This document shows positions 9,028 through 18,745 of a stretch of 64,000 bases of DNA, one piece after another. Position 1 is the stretch's first letter; every line of letters begins with the position of its first letter. The stretch is from Acidimicrobiales bacterium (GTDB lineage Bacteria > Actinomycetota > Acidimicrobiia > Acidimicrobiales > SZUA-35). The translations under genes were made by a program, and so were the position numbers. The notes below the pieces were generated by a model, which searched no databases, was not told where the DNA came from, and saw nothing but the letters and a program-made list of their open reading frames with translations. Location: contig JAWKIL010000003.1 in the NCBI GenBank assembly GCA_041394285.1, positions 186,441 through 250,440 of the forward strand. The letters are read 5' to 3'.

Positions 9028-9420
9028 ATGAGTGCGCCCCCACCGCATCCGGCCACGTCGCACCCGGTGGCCTTCGGTCGGTTGGCTCCCACCGTGGTGG
9101 TGAGCGACATCGGACGGGCTGTCGTGTTCTACCGGGACGTGCTCGGGATGATCCCGGTGTTCGAGAACGGGGACCCGGTCAGCTTCGTGATCGTGGAGCG
9201 GGATCAGGCCGAGCTGCATCTCGCCCTTCACCCGGCCCACGAGGCCCGGGAGGAGAACGTGGCCCACCTGCTGGTCAGCGACGCCGCTGCCCTCTACCAC
9301 CACCTCGTGAACCAGGGGGTGACGATCGTGAAGGCCATCCGCGACGCCGACTACGAGATGCGCACCTTCGTCTTCGCCGACCCCGACGGCAACCGCATCG
9401 ACGTCGGCCAGTATCTGTGA
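9028..9420 (+). CDS. VOC/glyoxalase-bleomycin resistance family protein
   Basis: The in-frame ATG 9028 starts MSAPPPHP. The length and fold pattern are VOC-like (VVSDIGRAVVFYRDVLGM ... FADPDGNRIDV). Confidence 0.7.
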   Translation: MSAPPPHPATSHPVAFGRLAPTVVVSDIGRAVVFYRDVLGMIPVFENGDPVSFVIVERDQAELHLALHPAHEAREENVAHLLVSDAAALYHHLVNQGVTIVKAIRDADYEMRTFVFADPDGNRIDVGQYL

Positions 9421-9553
9421 CCTTCGGGGGCTTGCGCCCCCGTCGGCGGCAGGCCGCCTCCCCCATAGGCGTCGGGGGCCCACCCCGCTGCAGCGGGGTG
9501 GGTCTCCCTGGCGTTTTCCCGGGGCACAGGCGGAGCGCGTATCGTTTGCGACG

Positions 9554-10495
9554 GTGAGCATCCCGACCCCCTGGCCCGCCCCCGCCATGATCGACCTCGG
9601 CCGCGAGCGCCTGGCGGTGTACGACTACGGCCCGCCTGCGGGCGGGGCCAGCCGGGGCGACGTGGTGTTCCTCCACGGCATGGCCGACGTGGCCCGCAGC
9701 CTGGAGCCCCTCACCGCCGCGCTCACCGACCGCTACCGGGTGCTGGCCTTCGACGCCCGGGGCCACGGCCGCTCCACCCACCCCGGGGCCTACTCCGCCC
9801 TCCATTTCGTAGCCGACCTGGCCGCCCTGCTCGACGCCCTCCACCTGGAGCATCCGATCCTGATCGGCCACAGCCTGGGCGGCCACACCGTGGCCAACTA
9901 CGCCGGCCTCTATCCGGACCGGCCCCGGGCGCTGGTGCTGCTGGAGGGCCTCGGTCCGCCGGCCGTCCACGTGGCCGACACCGCGGCCGCCCGGTTGGCC
10001 CACACCCGCAACATGGTGGAGGCGCTGAAGGCCACGCCCCGCCACCGGCCCCAGGCCGACATCGCCGCCGCTGCCGCCCGCCTCACCGCCACCCACACCC
10101 GCCTCGATCCGCAGCGGGCCCTGCTCCTGGCCGAGGAGGGCACGATCCCGGGCCCCGACGGGGGCCGGGTGTGGCGCCACGACGAGCGCACGTGGCACTG
10201 GATCGCCTCGGTCGACCACGCCGCCCTGGAGGAGCGGTGGACCGCCATCACCGCCCCCATCCTCGCCGTGTCGGGCACCGAGGCGTGGGACACGTGGTGG
10301 GCCCGCCCCGGCGGCCCCGTGGCCGACCGGGTGCGCCTCACCGACGACCAGTTCGCCGCCCGCCTCGCCCTGTTCCCCGACGTCGCCCACGTCGAGGTGC
10401 CCGACGCCGGCCACATGGTCCACTTCGACCAGCCCGCGGTGATGAACGAGCTCATCGCGCGGTTCCTGCGCCTCCGGGTGGAAGACGAGGAGTAG
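9554..10495 (+). CDS. alpha/beta hydrolase
   Basis: HG oxyanion region VVFLHGMAD, nucleophile elbow GHSLGG, and a C-terminal GHMVHFD His. Confidence 0.75.
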   Translation: MSIPTPWPAPAMIDLGRERLAVYDYGPPAGGASRGDVVFLHGMADVARSLEPLTAALTDRYRVLAFDARGHGRSTHPGAYSALHFVADLAALLDALHLEHPILIGHSLGGHTVANYAGLYPDRPRALVLLEGLGPPAVHVADTAAARLAHTRNMVEALKATPRHRPQADIAAAAARLTATHTRLDPQRALLLAEEGTIPGPDGGRVWRHDERTWHWIASVDHAALEERWTAITAPILAVSGTEAWDTWWARPGGPVADRVRLTDDQFAARLALFPDVAHVEVPDAGHMVHFDQPAVMNELIARFLRLRVEDEE

Positions 10496-10541
10496 TCGCC
10501 GCCTTGGGAGCTGCGGATCGAGGTGTCGTAGTGTTTGCGTC

Positions 10542-11414
10542 ATGGAGCTCGAGATCACCCCGCTGCCCGACAACGCCCCGCTGGGGGCCATGGTCCGAGG
10601 CTGGGACCCGTCGGAACCCCTCGACGACGAGACCCGCGACCGCATAGCCGACGCCCTGTCCCGCTACCGGGTGCTGGTGTTCCGGGGGCAACCCCAACCC
10701 ACCGACGACGAGCTGGTGGGCTTCGTCCAGCGCTTCGGCGACCCGATCAAGGGCTCGGAGTGGTTCCGCAACGCCGGCGCCCTGCCCGAGATCCTGCCCG
10801 TCACCAACATCCGGGGCCGCGACGGCGTCCGCCTCGGTGTGGAGGGAGCCCAGGATCTGGAGTGGCATGCCGACTACTCCTATGTGGCCACGCCGGCCAA
10901 GATGAGCTTCCTCAACGCCGTGGAGCTGCCGGCCGAGCCGCCCCGGACCTACTTCAGCGACATGTACACCGCCTTCGAGTCCCTGGACCCGGAGCTGCAG
11001 GACCAGCTGCGCAACCTCCGGGCCACCCACTCGATCGCCAACTACATGGCCGAGCCCGAGCGCCAGTTCGAGGCCAAGGTGGCCCGGGACGAGGCGGCCG
11101 GCGTGGAGGCGCCGCCCATCCCCGAGGCCGAGCACCCGGTGGTGGTCCGCCATCCCGACACCGGCAACGAGATCCTCTACGTCTCGCGCGGCATCACCCG
11201 CCGGATCGTGGGCATGGGCAAGCCCGAGAGCAGCGCCCTGCTCAAGGAGCTGCATCTCCACGCCACCCGCCCCGAGCGGGTCTACGCCCACGACTGGCAG
11301 CTGGGCGACCTGGTGATGTTCGACGCCCTCGGCACGCTCCACCGGCGCGACTCCTGGGACCCCACCCAGCGCCGCCTGATGCGCCAGCTCTCCACCGCCT
11401 GCGCCATCGGCTGA
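10542..11414 (+). CDS. TauD/TfdA-family Fe(II)/2-oxoglutarate dioxygenase
   Basis: 290 aa with a WHAD (HxD) iron motif, plus overall TauD-like N- and C-terminal patterns (HPVVVRHPDTG, RRD). Confidence 0.75.
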   Translation: MELEITPLPDNAPLGAMVRGWDPSEPLDDETRDRIADALSRYRVLVFRGQPQPTDDELVGFVQRFGDPIKGSEWFRNAGALPEILPVTNIRGRDGVRLGVEGAQDLEWHADYSYVATPAKMSFLNAVELPAEPPRTYFSDMYTAFESLDPELQDQLRNLRATHSIANYMAEPERQFEAKVARDEAAGVEAPPIPEAEHPVVVRHPDTGNEILYVSRGITRRIVGMGKPESSALLKELHLHATRPERVYAHDWQLGDLVMFDALGTLHRRDSWDPTQRRLMRQLSTACAIG

Positions 11415-11498
11415 GCCCGGGGCGGTGGGGTGGGGGCGGCCCCAACGCCGATGGGGAGCCGGCGCAGCCGGCGGGGGCGGCAGCCCCCCGGGTGGCCG

Positions 11499-12776
11499 CT
11501 ACAACAGGCCCGACGCCTTGGCTTCGGCCGTGAGGCGGTGGCGGTGGTCGGGATGGGCCACCGCGATCAACCGCTCGGCCTTCTGGCGCATCGACGCATC
11601 CCGCAACCACGCCACCCCGTGCTCGGTGATCACCACCTGGGTCTCGTAGCGGCCCCCGGTGGTGGCGTTGGGCCCCAGGTGGCCCACGATGCGCGACACC
11701 GTGCCGTTGGCCGCCGTCGACTCCAGCACCAGGATCGACAGGGCGTCGTCGGCGAAGGTGCAGGCGCGGAGGAAGTCGAGCTGGCCGCCCACCCCGGAGT
11801 ACTGGGCGCCGCCGATCATCTCGGCGTTGCCCTGCCCGAACAGGTCCACCTGCAGGCAGGCGTTGACGCACCGCATCCGGTGGTTCTTGGCCACCTCCCG
11901 GGGATCCAGCACGAGCGCCGCGCTGAGGAGCCGGGTGGCCGGGTTGTCCACCAGCACCGGGACCGCCTCGGGCATGGCGATCGTGTACACCGACTCGCCC
12001 GGCCACAGGGTCTTTCGGGCCCCGGTCACCGCGCCGGTGCCCAGGAGCTCGGCCATGCCGGCCCCCATCACCTCGGTGTGGACGCCCAGATCCTGCTTGT
12101 GGCCGAGGCGGGCCATGATCGCCTCGGGCAGGCCGCCCACGCCCGACTGCAGGGTGGCCCCGTCGGGGATCAGGTCGTCGATGAGGCCCACGAACGTGTC
12201 GAGGTGGGGCGACACCCTCCGGCTGTCGTAGAACGGGGGCGGGGTGTCGGCCGGCAACGGCACCAGCACGTCGAACGCCTCGACCGGATAGGTGTGGCCC
12301 TTCAGCCGGGGCTGATGGGGGTCGACCACGCCGATCACCACCGAGTCGGCCGGGCGTACGGTGCCGCCCACCAGCTCGTCGTCGTTGGCCACGGTGGCGC
12401 CGGGGTGGACGATGCCGTCGTCGGTCGGCTCGGCCACCAGCACCACCCGCACCCGGGGCTGCCAGCGGCGGATGAAGGGGGCCCAGCCGCTGAAGTGCAC
12501 CGGCAGCACCTCGGCCCGGGCCTGGGATGTGCGCATGGCCTCCGTGAGGAACCCGGCGAACAGGGTGACGCCGGGGTTGGCGGCCACCGCCACGCCGCCG
12601 GCCCGGGGTGCCCCCAGGTACACCTCGACTCCCGACAGATCGTCCCGAGCCGCCAGGGCCTGCAGGAACGGCGCCGGTTCGGGTAATCCGCCCATCACCC
12701 GATCGCCGGGGCCAACCAGGCGGGCCGCCTCGTCCAGCGACAGCACCCGATCGGCGTAGCGTTCCGTCCAGTGCAT
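11499..12776 (-). CDS. acetyl-CoA hydrolase/transferase family protein (4-hydroxybutyrate CoA-transferase-like)
   Basis: This is the real 3-prime third of the 1065-aa track ORF. The start is ATG 12776 (AGGGGGA upstream). GGQLDF and the surrounding region are typical of the family. Confidence 0.75.
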   Translation of the reverse strand: MHWTERYADRVLSLDEAARLVGPGDRVMGGLPEPAPFLQALAARDDLSGVEVYLGAPRAGGVAVAANPGVTLFAGFLTEAMRTSQARAEVLPVHFSGWAPFIRRWQPRVRVVLVAEPTDDGIVHPGATVANDDELVGGTVRPADSVVIGVVDPHQPRLKGHTYPVEAFDVLVPLPADTPPPFYDSRRVSPHLDTFVGLIDDLIPDGATLQSGVGGLPEAIMARLGHKQDLGVHTEVMGAGMAELLGTGAVTGARKTLWPGESVYTIAMPEAVPVLVDNPATRLLSAALVLDPREVAKNHRMRCVNACLQVDLFGQGNAEMIGGAQYSGVGGQLDFLRACTFADDALSILVLESTAANGTVSRIVGHLGPNATTGGRYETQVVITEHGVAWLRDASMRQKAERLIAVAHPDHRHRLTAEAKASGLL

Positions 12777-13019
12777 GATCTGTCCCCCTTGCCCGGCGGA
12801 CGCTCTGCCTCCACCGCTCCACCAGCCCACCAGACCCGGGCCGGCGACGCCATTCCTCCTGACGATCAAGCTGCAGGCGCTGGTGCCGACAGGCACACCA
12901 TGACACTGCTCCGACGGTCGCGCCCGCCCGCCGCCGGCCCCGTCACGGACGCCGGCGGGGGCCACCGGGGCCAGGCCGAGCGGGGCCAGGCCGAGCGGGT
13001 TGCGGGACCCTGGAGCGAG

Positions 13020-15317
13020 ATGGCCCGCCTCGCCCCCCTCTTCCTGGTCGTGGCCACCTGCCTCTACCTGACCTGCATGCTGGCCATCGAGCGGCCCGAC
13101 GGTGGAACCGAGGTGGTCTGGCTCGACCTGTGGTTCCACAACGGGCTGCGGGTGGCAGCCGGCGTGGTGGCCCTGATCGGCGCGTCCCGCTGCGGGTTCG
13201 ACCGCGCCGGGTGGTGGGTGGTGGGCAGCGCCCTGTCGGTGAACGCCGTGGCCAACATCGTGTGGGTCCAGGTGTTCGACAGCGCGGCGCTCAGCCTGGC
13301 CGACCCCCTGTTCCTCGCCTACTACCCGCAGATGTACGTGGCGGTGATCATCCTGGCCCGCCGCCGGGCGGCGGCCCGAGGCGCCGGGCAATGGCTCGAC
13401 GGCGCCGTGGCCGGTCTCGGGGTGGCGGCCGTGGTGGCGGCCTTCGTGTTCCCCACGCTCCTGTCGGGGGCGTCGGGCGGTGCCCTGGCCATCGCCGTCA
13501 ATATCTCCTATCCCCTGGCCGACCTCCTGCTGGTGGCCGTGCTGCTGGCCGGGCTGGCACCCGTGGGCTGGCGACCCGACCGGGCTCTGGCCGTGCTCAT
13601 CGGCGGCCTGCTGGTCACCACCGTGGCCGATGTGGCCTACCTGCTGCAGTCGGCGGCCGGCACCTACAGCGCCGGCAGCCCGGCCAACCACTTCTGGATC
13701 CTGGGCTACGTGATCACGGCCCTGGCCGGCTGGCTCAGCCCCCGCCAGGTCCAACCCCGGGCCGCCCTGTCGCTCGGCTCCGGCCTCCTGCTGCCGGCCG
13801 CTTCGGCCGTGACGGCCGTGGTGCTGCTGGTGATCGGCACCCGCCACGCCGTGCTCGGCGTCGCCGTCGCCCTGGCCGCCCTCACCCTGAGCGTGGCCGG
13901 TCTGCGGGTGGGCATCGCCTTCGCCGAGCTCAAGTCGCTCACGCTCAGCCGCCTGGAGGCCCGCACCGACGAGCTCACCCGCCTCCCCAACCGGCGGGCG
14001 TTCCTCGAGCTGGTGGAGCGGTCGGTGAAGACGCTGCGGGAGGGGCGCACGTTCTCGATCCTGCTGATCGACCTCGACGGCTTCAAGGAGGTGAACGACA
14101 CCCTCGGGCACCACGCCGGCGACAGCCTGCTGGCGGCTCTGGCCGGTGTGCTGCAGCACCACCTCCGCCCCACCGACCACGTGGCCCGCCTCGGGGGCGA
14201 CGAGTTCGCCGTGCTCCTGGGCGACACCGACCTCGCCGGCGCCGAGGAACGGGCCCACAGCCTGCGGGAGGCGTTGGCGGCGCCGGTGCAGGTGGCCGCC
14301 ATGGCCATCGCCGTGGGGGCGAGCATCGGGGTCAGCAACGCTCCGGCCCACGCCGCCGACACCCCCACCCTCATGCGCTTCGCCGACATCGCCATGTACC
14401 GGGCCAAACAGTCCCGATGCGGGGTCCAGGCGTACCAGGAGGCGGGAGACGCGTCCCAGCGCGACCGCCTGGAGCTGGCCCAGGACGTCCGCCACGCCCT
14501 GGCCCGGGACGAGATCGTTCTCCACTACCAACCCAAGATCGACCTGGTCACGGGGCAGGTGGCCGGCACCGAGGCGCTGGCCCGATGGAGCCATCCCTCC
14601 CGCGGTCTGCTCCACCCCGATGCGTTCCTGCCCCTGATCGAACAGGCCGACCTGCTGCAGAAGCTCACCCGCTCCGTCCTCGACCGCGCCGTCCATCAGC
14701 TCGCCGACTGGCGGGCGCGGGGCATCGAGTGGACCGTTGCGGTCAACATCGCCCCGCCCGACGTGCTCGACGAGTCGCTGCCCGACTTCGTGGTCCGTCT
14801 CCTGGCCCGCAACGACGTACCTCCGTCGGCGCTGGTGCTGGAGATCACCGAGGGATCGTTGGTGGCCGACCCGGTGCGGGCGGCCCGCACCGTGCGGCGG
14901 CTACGGGAGGCGGGCACCCAGATCTCCCTCGACGACTTCGGCGCCGGCTTCTCCTCCCTGGTCCACCTGCGCACCCTCCAGTTCGACGAGATCAAGCTCG
15001 ACCGGACGCTGGCCGCCGACCTGGAGCACGACGAGCGGGGTCGGGCCATCGCCGGGGCCGCCGTCGGGTTGGCCGACGCGCTGCGGATGCGGCTGGTGGT
15101 TGAGGGGATCGAGACGGTGGAGGGACGCGACGCGGTGGCGGCGCTGGGGGCCCGCTACATCCAGGGATTCGTGTACTGCCGGCCCCTACCGCCGGCCGAG
15201 CTGGAGGCCTGGGCTCACAGGCTGTCGGGGTCCCAGATCTGCACGGTTGAGTCGTCGCCGCCCGACGCCACCCGCCCGTCGGGGAACGAGGCGAGCCCGT
15301 ACACCGTGCCCTCGTGA
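13020..15317 (+). CDS. membrane-anchored diguanylate cyclase/phosphodiesterase (GGDEF + EAL)
   Basis: Multi-TM N-terminus, RLGGDEFAVL, and EAL motifs (TEALARW, DDFGAGFSS). The start is uncertain: ATG 13020 has GGAG upstream, and 12900 is the alternative. Confidence 0.85.
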   Translation: MARLAPLFLVVATCLYLTCMLAIERPDGGTEVVWLDLWFHNGLRVAAGVVALIGASRCGFDRAGWWVVGSALSVNAVANIVWVQVFDSAALSLADPLFLAYYPQMYVAVIILARRRAAARGAGQWLDGAVAGLGVAAVVAAFVFPTLLSGASGGALAIAVNISYPLADLLLVAVLLAGLAPVGWRPDRALAVLIGGLLVTTVADVAYLLQSAAGTYSAGSPANHFWILGYVITALAGWLSPRQVQPRAALSLGSGLLLPAASAVTAVVLLVIGTRHAVLGVAVALAALTLSVAGLRVGIAFAELKSLTLSRLEARTDELTRLPNRRAFLELVERSVKTLREGRTFSILLIDLDGFKEVNDTLGHHAGDSLLAALAGVLQHHLRPTDHVARLGGDEFAVLLGDTDLAGAEERAHSLREALAAPVQVAAMAIAVGASIGVSNAPAHAADTPTLMRFADIAMYRAKQSRCGVQAYQEAGDASQRDRLELAQDVRHALARDEIVLHYQPKIDLVTGQVAGTEALARWSHPSRGLLHPDAFLPLIEQADLLQKLTRSVLDRAVHQLADWRARGIEWTVAVNIAPPDVLDESLPDFVVRLLARNDVPPSALVLEITEGSLVADPVRAARTVRRLREAGTQISLDDFGAGFSSLVHLRTLQFDEIKLDRTLAADLEHDERGRAIAGAAVGLADALRMRLVVEGIETVEGRDAVAALGARYIQGFVYCRPLPPAELEAWAHRLSGSQICTVESSPPDATRPSGNEASPYTVPS

Positions 15318-17587
15318 CCCCGGTAGATCACCGGGCTGGCGATCGAGGTGTCGGGGTCCCACACCTGTACCGTGCCGTCCTCGCCGCCCGACGCCACCCG
15401 CCCGTCGGGTAGGGCGACGAGCGCCACCACGTTGGCCGTGTGGCCGGCGAACGTGAGCGGGGTGTTGGCGCTGTTCACCGGGTCGAACACGTTGACGGTG
15501 TAGCCGTTGGCCACGGCCAGGCGCCCGTCCGGGAGCTTGGCCAGGGCGTAGGAGTCTCCACCGTCGTACTGGATCGTGAGCGGCAGCGACGCCAGGTCGG
15601 CCGGGTTGAAGATCGACACCTTGCCGCCGTAGCCGGAGACGGCCAGCCGGCCGTCGTCGAGCACCACCATGGCCTGGATGTAGTCGACCACGTTGGTGTA
15701 GATCTCGGGCGGCGCCGTCGGGTTGTCGAGATGGTAGAAGAGCACCTGGTTGGCGGCGGCCACCGCCACGCGCCCGTCGGGTATCTGGGCCATGGCGTAG
15801 GGCCAGTCGGGGAGGTTGGCGAACACCACCGGCGGGGCCGCGGGGTTGGCCGGGTCCCACACCCGCACGGTGTAGTCGTCGGCGCTGGAGGCGATTCGGC
15901 CGTCGGTCAACGGGATCACCACCCGGGCCCAGTCGGTGTGGCCCCGGAACACGGTGGCCGGGGTGGACGACGCCGACGCCGGGTCCCACACGCTGATCTC
16001 GCCGTTGTCGCTGGTGGTGGCGAGGCGGCCGTCGCCGAGCACGGCCAACGACCGAACCCAGTCCGACGATGTGTACGAGATGGGGCGGGTGCTGCCGCCG
16101 CCCGAGTCTCCGCCGCCGCTGGTGCCGGTGGTGTTGCCGCTGCGGTTGGCGGCGATGACGGCGGCGATGATGACGGCGCCCACCAGGAACACGCCGATGC
16201 CGACGATCAGCGCCAGGCGGCTCCCGGCCAGGCCGCCCCGGGACGGTTGCCCGTAGCCGGTGGTGCTGTTCCAGCCGACGGGCTGGCTGATCGTGGCCGG
16301 CGGCACGGGGCCGACGGGGCCGGCGCCGAAGCGGCCGTCGGACGCGGTGAAGCCCTGCCGGCCCGGTGCCGGGGCGGCGGCCGGGGCCGGGGGTGCGGTG
16401 AACCCCTGCGGTGGGAAGCCCTGGGGGGCCGGTCGGGGGCCGGTGTCGGGCCGCGGGCCGCTGAAGCCGGCGGGCGGGGCGGGCCGGGGGTCGGAGCCGG
16501 GGCCGGTGTCGGGGCGGGGGCCGCTGAAGCTCTGGGGCGGTGGGGGCCGGTGGTCGGAGGTACCGCCGGTGTGGCCGCCGGGCGGGGTGAGCACGGCCTG
16601 ATAGGGGGCGCCGGCCGAGCCGGCGTAGGTGGCCGGAGCGGCTCCGCCTCCGGGGTACCCGGTGCCGACACCGGTGCCGGTGCCGCCGGCTGGCCAGCCG
16701 GCTCCCGAGGGGCCGCCGGCGGGTTGTCCCATGGGCGGCACTATCTGGGTGGGATTGGCCGTCGACGTCGACCCGCCCGGGTTGTCGAGCACCCGGCGCA
16801 TCTCCCGGATCAACTCGTCGGCGTTCTGGGGCCGCTGCGACGGTTCCTTGGCCAGGCCCCGCTGGAGCAGCTCGACCACGGCCGGCGGGGCCAGATGGGC
16901 GGGCAGGGGGGGCGGCGGCTGGTGGAGCAGCCGGTACATGAGGGGGCTGAGCGACTCGTCGGTCGGGGCCCAGAACGGGGCGTTGCCCTGGATGAGCGTG
17001 TGGAGCGTCGACATCAGCGAGTAGAGGTCGGACCGCTCGTCGCGGGTGTTGGCGAAGGTCTCGGGGGCGGTGTGGAGCCAGCTGGCCGTGATGTTGGTGG
17101 AGGTGGCGCCGGTGGAATCCCGGGCCGAGGCGATGCCGAAGTCGGTGAGGCGGGGCTGATCGCCCGCCATGAGGATGTTCTCCGGCTTCACGTCGCGATG
17201 CAGGATCCCCTGGGTGTGGCCGTGGCCCAGCGCGTCGGCGATGGGGATCAGGTACTCCACGGCCCGGCGCCACGGAAGGGGGCCCTCCTTCTGGAGGCGA
17301 TCGGCCATCGAGCCCCCCGTGACCAGCTCCATCACGAGATAGGGGCTGCCGTCGGCCGAGTAGCCGGCGTCGTACACGGTGACCACGCTGGGGTGCGACG
17401 ACAGCCGGCCCATGATCTTGCACTCGCGCTCGAACCGCTGCCGGTCCTTGTCGGTGTGCAGCTTGCCCAGCAGCTTGACCGCCACGCGGCGGTCGAAGCG
17501 CGTGTCGGTGGCGGCGTAGACGGTGCTGAACCCGCCCCGTCCGATCAGCTCGACCTCGGACAGGTGCTCGATCCCGAGATCGATCAC
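15215..17587 (-). CDS. Ser/Thr protein kinase - Pro-rich linker - TM - seven WD40-like repeats
   Basis: Kinase motifs GRGGFSTVY, VAVK, HRDVKPENIL and DFG. TM segment LALIVGIGVFLVGAVIIAAVIAA. Seven DGR(L/V/I)A...VWD/VFD blades follow. Confidence 0.85.
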   Translation of the reverse strand: MIDLGIEHLSEVELIGRGGFSTVYAATDTRFDRRVAVKLLGKLHTDKDRQRFERECKIMGRLSSHPSVVTVYDAGYSADGSPYLVMELVTGGSMADRLQKEGPLPWRRAVEYLIPIADALGHGHTQGILHRDVKPENILMAGDQPRLTDFGIASARDSTGATSTNITASWLHTAPETFANTRDERSDLYSLMSTLHTLIQGNAPFWAPTDESLSPLMYRLLHQPPPPLPAHLAPPAVVELLQRGLAKEPSQRPQNADELIREMRRVLDNPGGSTSTANPTQIVPPMGQPAGGPSGAGWPAGGTGTGVGTGYPGGGAAPATYAGSAGAPYQAVLTPPGGHTGGTSDHRPPPPQSFSGPRPDTGPGSDPRPAPPAGFSGPRPDTGPRPAPQGFPPQGFTAPPAPAAAPAPGRQGFTASDGRFGAGPVGPVPPATISQPVGWNSTTGYGQPSRGGLAGSRLALIVGIGVFLVGAVIIAAVIAANRSGNTTGTSGGGDSGGGSTRPISYTSSDWVRSLAVLGDGRLATTSDNGEISVWDPASASSTPATVFRGHTDWARVVIPLTDGRIASSADDYTVRVWDPANPAAPPVVFANLPDWPYAMAQIPDGRVAVAAANQVLFYHLDNPTAPPEIYTNVVDYIQAMVVLDDGRLAVSGYGGKVSIFNPADLASLPLTIQYDGGDSYALAKLPDGRLAVANGYTVNVFDPVNSANTPLTFAGHTANVVALVALPDGRVASGGEDGTVQVWDPDTSIASPVIYRGHEGTVYGLASFPDGRVASGGDDSTVQIWDPDSL

Positions 17588-17752
17588 GTCTCCTACCTCG
17601 CTCCTGCCACTGGCCCCAGGGGCCGCCTCGTCTCCCCCGGTGCACCGTATCGGACCCGGCCCGACCGGACCAGGATCGTACGGCCCACCGCCCTTGGGGG
17701 ATCGCTCCCAGCTTTCGTCACGCGTTCGTCATGGGCGCCACACCCGTTCGGC

Positions 17753-18646
17753 TCAGGCCAGGTGGACCGACTCCAGGTGGTCGAGCAGGGCGAACATCTC
17801 GGCCTCGCCCAGGCCGGCGGCCGCCGCCTCTTGGAACGACGCCAGCGCCGCCTCGGCGCAGCGCACCGGGAGGCCGACCTCCCGGGCCAGCTCCACCGCC
17901 AGCTCCAGGTCCTTCACCACGATCCGCAGCGCGGCGTTGGGCGTGGTCGACTCCCGATAGCGCCGGGTCCGGTGCTGGTGGGCCACCCCCAGCACCGACG
18001 GCCCGGCCCCGCTGGCGGTCATGATCACCTCTCGCAGCTGCTCCACCTCGAGGCCGTTGCGGGCCCCCAGCAGCAGGCCCTCCATCGCCGTCACCAGGTT
18101 GGTCAACCCGATCAGGTTGTTGGAGATCTTGGCCACGCTGCCCGCCCCCACCGGGCCCAGGTGGAACACGTTGGCCCCGATGGTGTCGAGCACCGGCCGG
18201 GCCCGCTCGAAGGCGGCGGCCTCACCCCCGGCCATCACGGCCAGCGTGCCCTCGTTGCGGGCCCGCACGTTGCCGCTCACCGGGGCGTCGACGAAGGCCA
18301 CGCCGGCCGCTTCGGCCTGGGCCGCCATGGCCTGCATCACCGCCGGGGCCAGCGTGCTCAGCTCCACGTAGACGGCGGGCCGGTGCTCGGCGGCGAACAC
18401 CGCCGCCGCCACCTCCTGCGACGCTGCCTTGCCCGGCAGTGACACCACCAGCACGTCGGCGGCGGCCGCCGTGGCCACGGCGTCGGGAGCGGACGCCGCC
18501 CCCAGGCCCACCAGCTCGGCCACCGGCTCGGGCCGCAGGTCGCACACGGTCAGGTCGAAGCCGGCCCGGGCCACGTTGGCCGCCATCGGCCGGCCCATCC
18601 CGCCCAACCCCACCCATCCGATCCGATCGCTCACGCTCGCCTCCAT
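17753..18646 (-). CDS. NAD(P)-dependent 3-hydroxyisobutyrate/6-phosphogluconate dehydrogenase-family oxidoreductase
   Basis: N-terminal Rossmann motif IGWVGLGGMGRPMA. The length and the central catalytic region are typical of the family. Confidence 0.7.
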   Translation of the reverse strand: MEASVSDRIGWVGLGGMGRPMAANVARAGFDLTVCDLRPEPVAELVGLGAASAPDAVATAAAADVLVVSLPGKAASQEVAAAVFAAEHRPAVYVELSTLAPAVMQAMAAQAEAAGVAFVDAPVSGNVRARNEGTLAVMAGGEAAAFERARPVLDTIGANVFHLGPVGAGSVAKISNNLIGLTNLVTAMEGLLLGARNGLEVEQLREVIMTASGAGPSVLGVAHQHRTRRYRESTTPNAALRIVVKDLELAVELAREVGLPVRCAEAALASFQEAAAAGLGEAEMFALLDHLESVHLA

Positions 18647-18745
18647 CGCTGTCTTCTGGTCGCTGTCTTCTGGTCGCTGTCAGACCGTCCCCGTAGGATG
18701 CTCCCACGGGCCCGCACCGGGCTGAAAACGACAGGGGGGAAACCG

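Noticed and set aside
11415-11498. Small GC hairpins (GCCGGC-GCA-GCCGGC and GGGGC-G-GCCCC) between the convergent TauD and CoA-transferase genes considered as terminators.
   Set aside because: The loops are too tight and the stems too short to call with any confidence.
12969-12998. The 15-nt duplication GGCCAGGCCGAGCGG x2 (GQAERGQAER) upstream of the GGDEF-EAL membrane domain.
   Set aside because: It probably lies in the 5-prime leader or a dispensable N-terminal extension. It is too short to interpret.
12777-14696. The N-terminal two thirds of the 1065-aa minus-strand ORF 11499..14696.
   Set aside because: Only the 3-prime 425 codons (from ATG 12776, with an SD) look like a CoA-transferase. 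The rest is antisense to the GGDEF-EAL gene and translates to low-complexity sequence.
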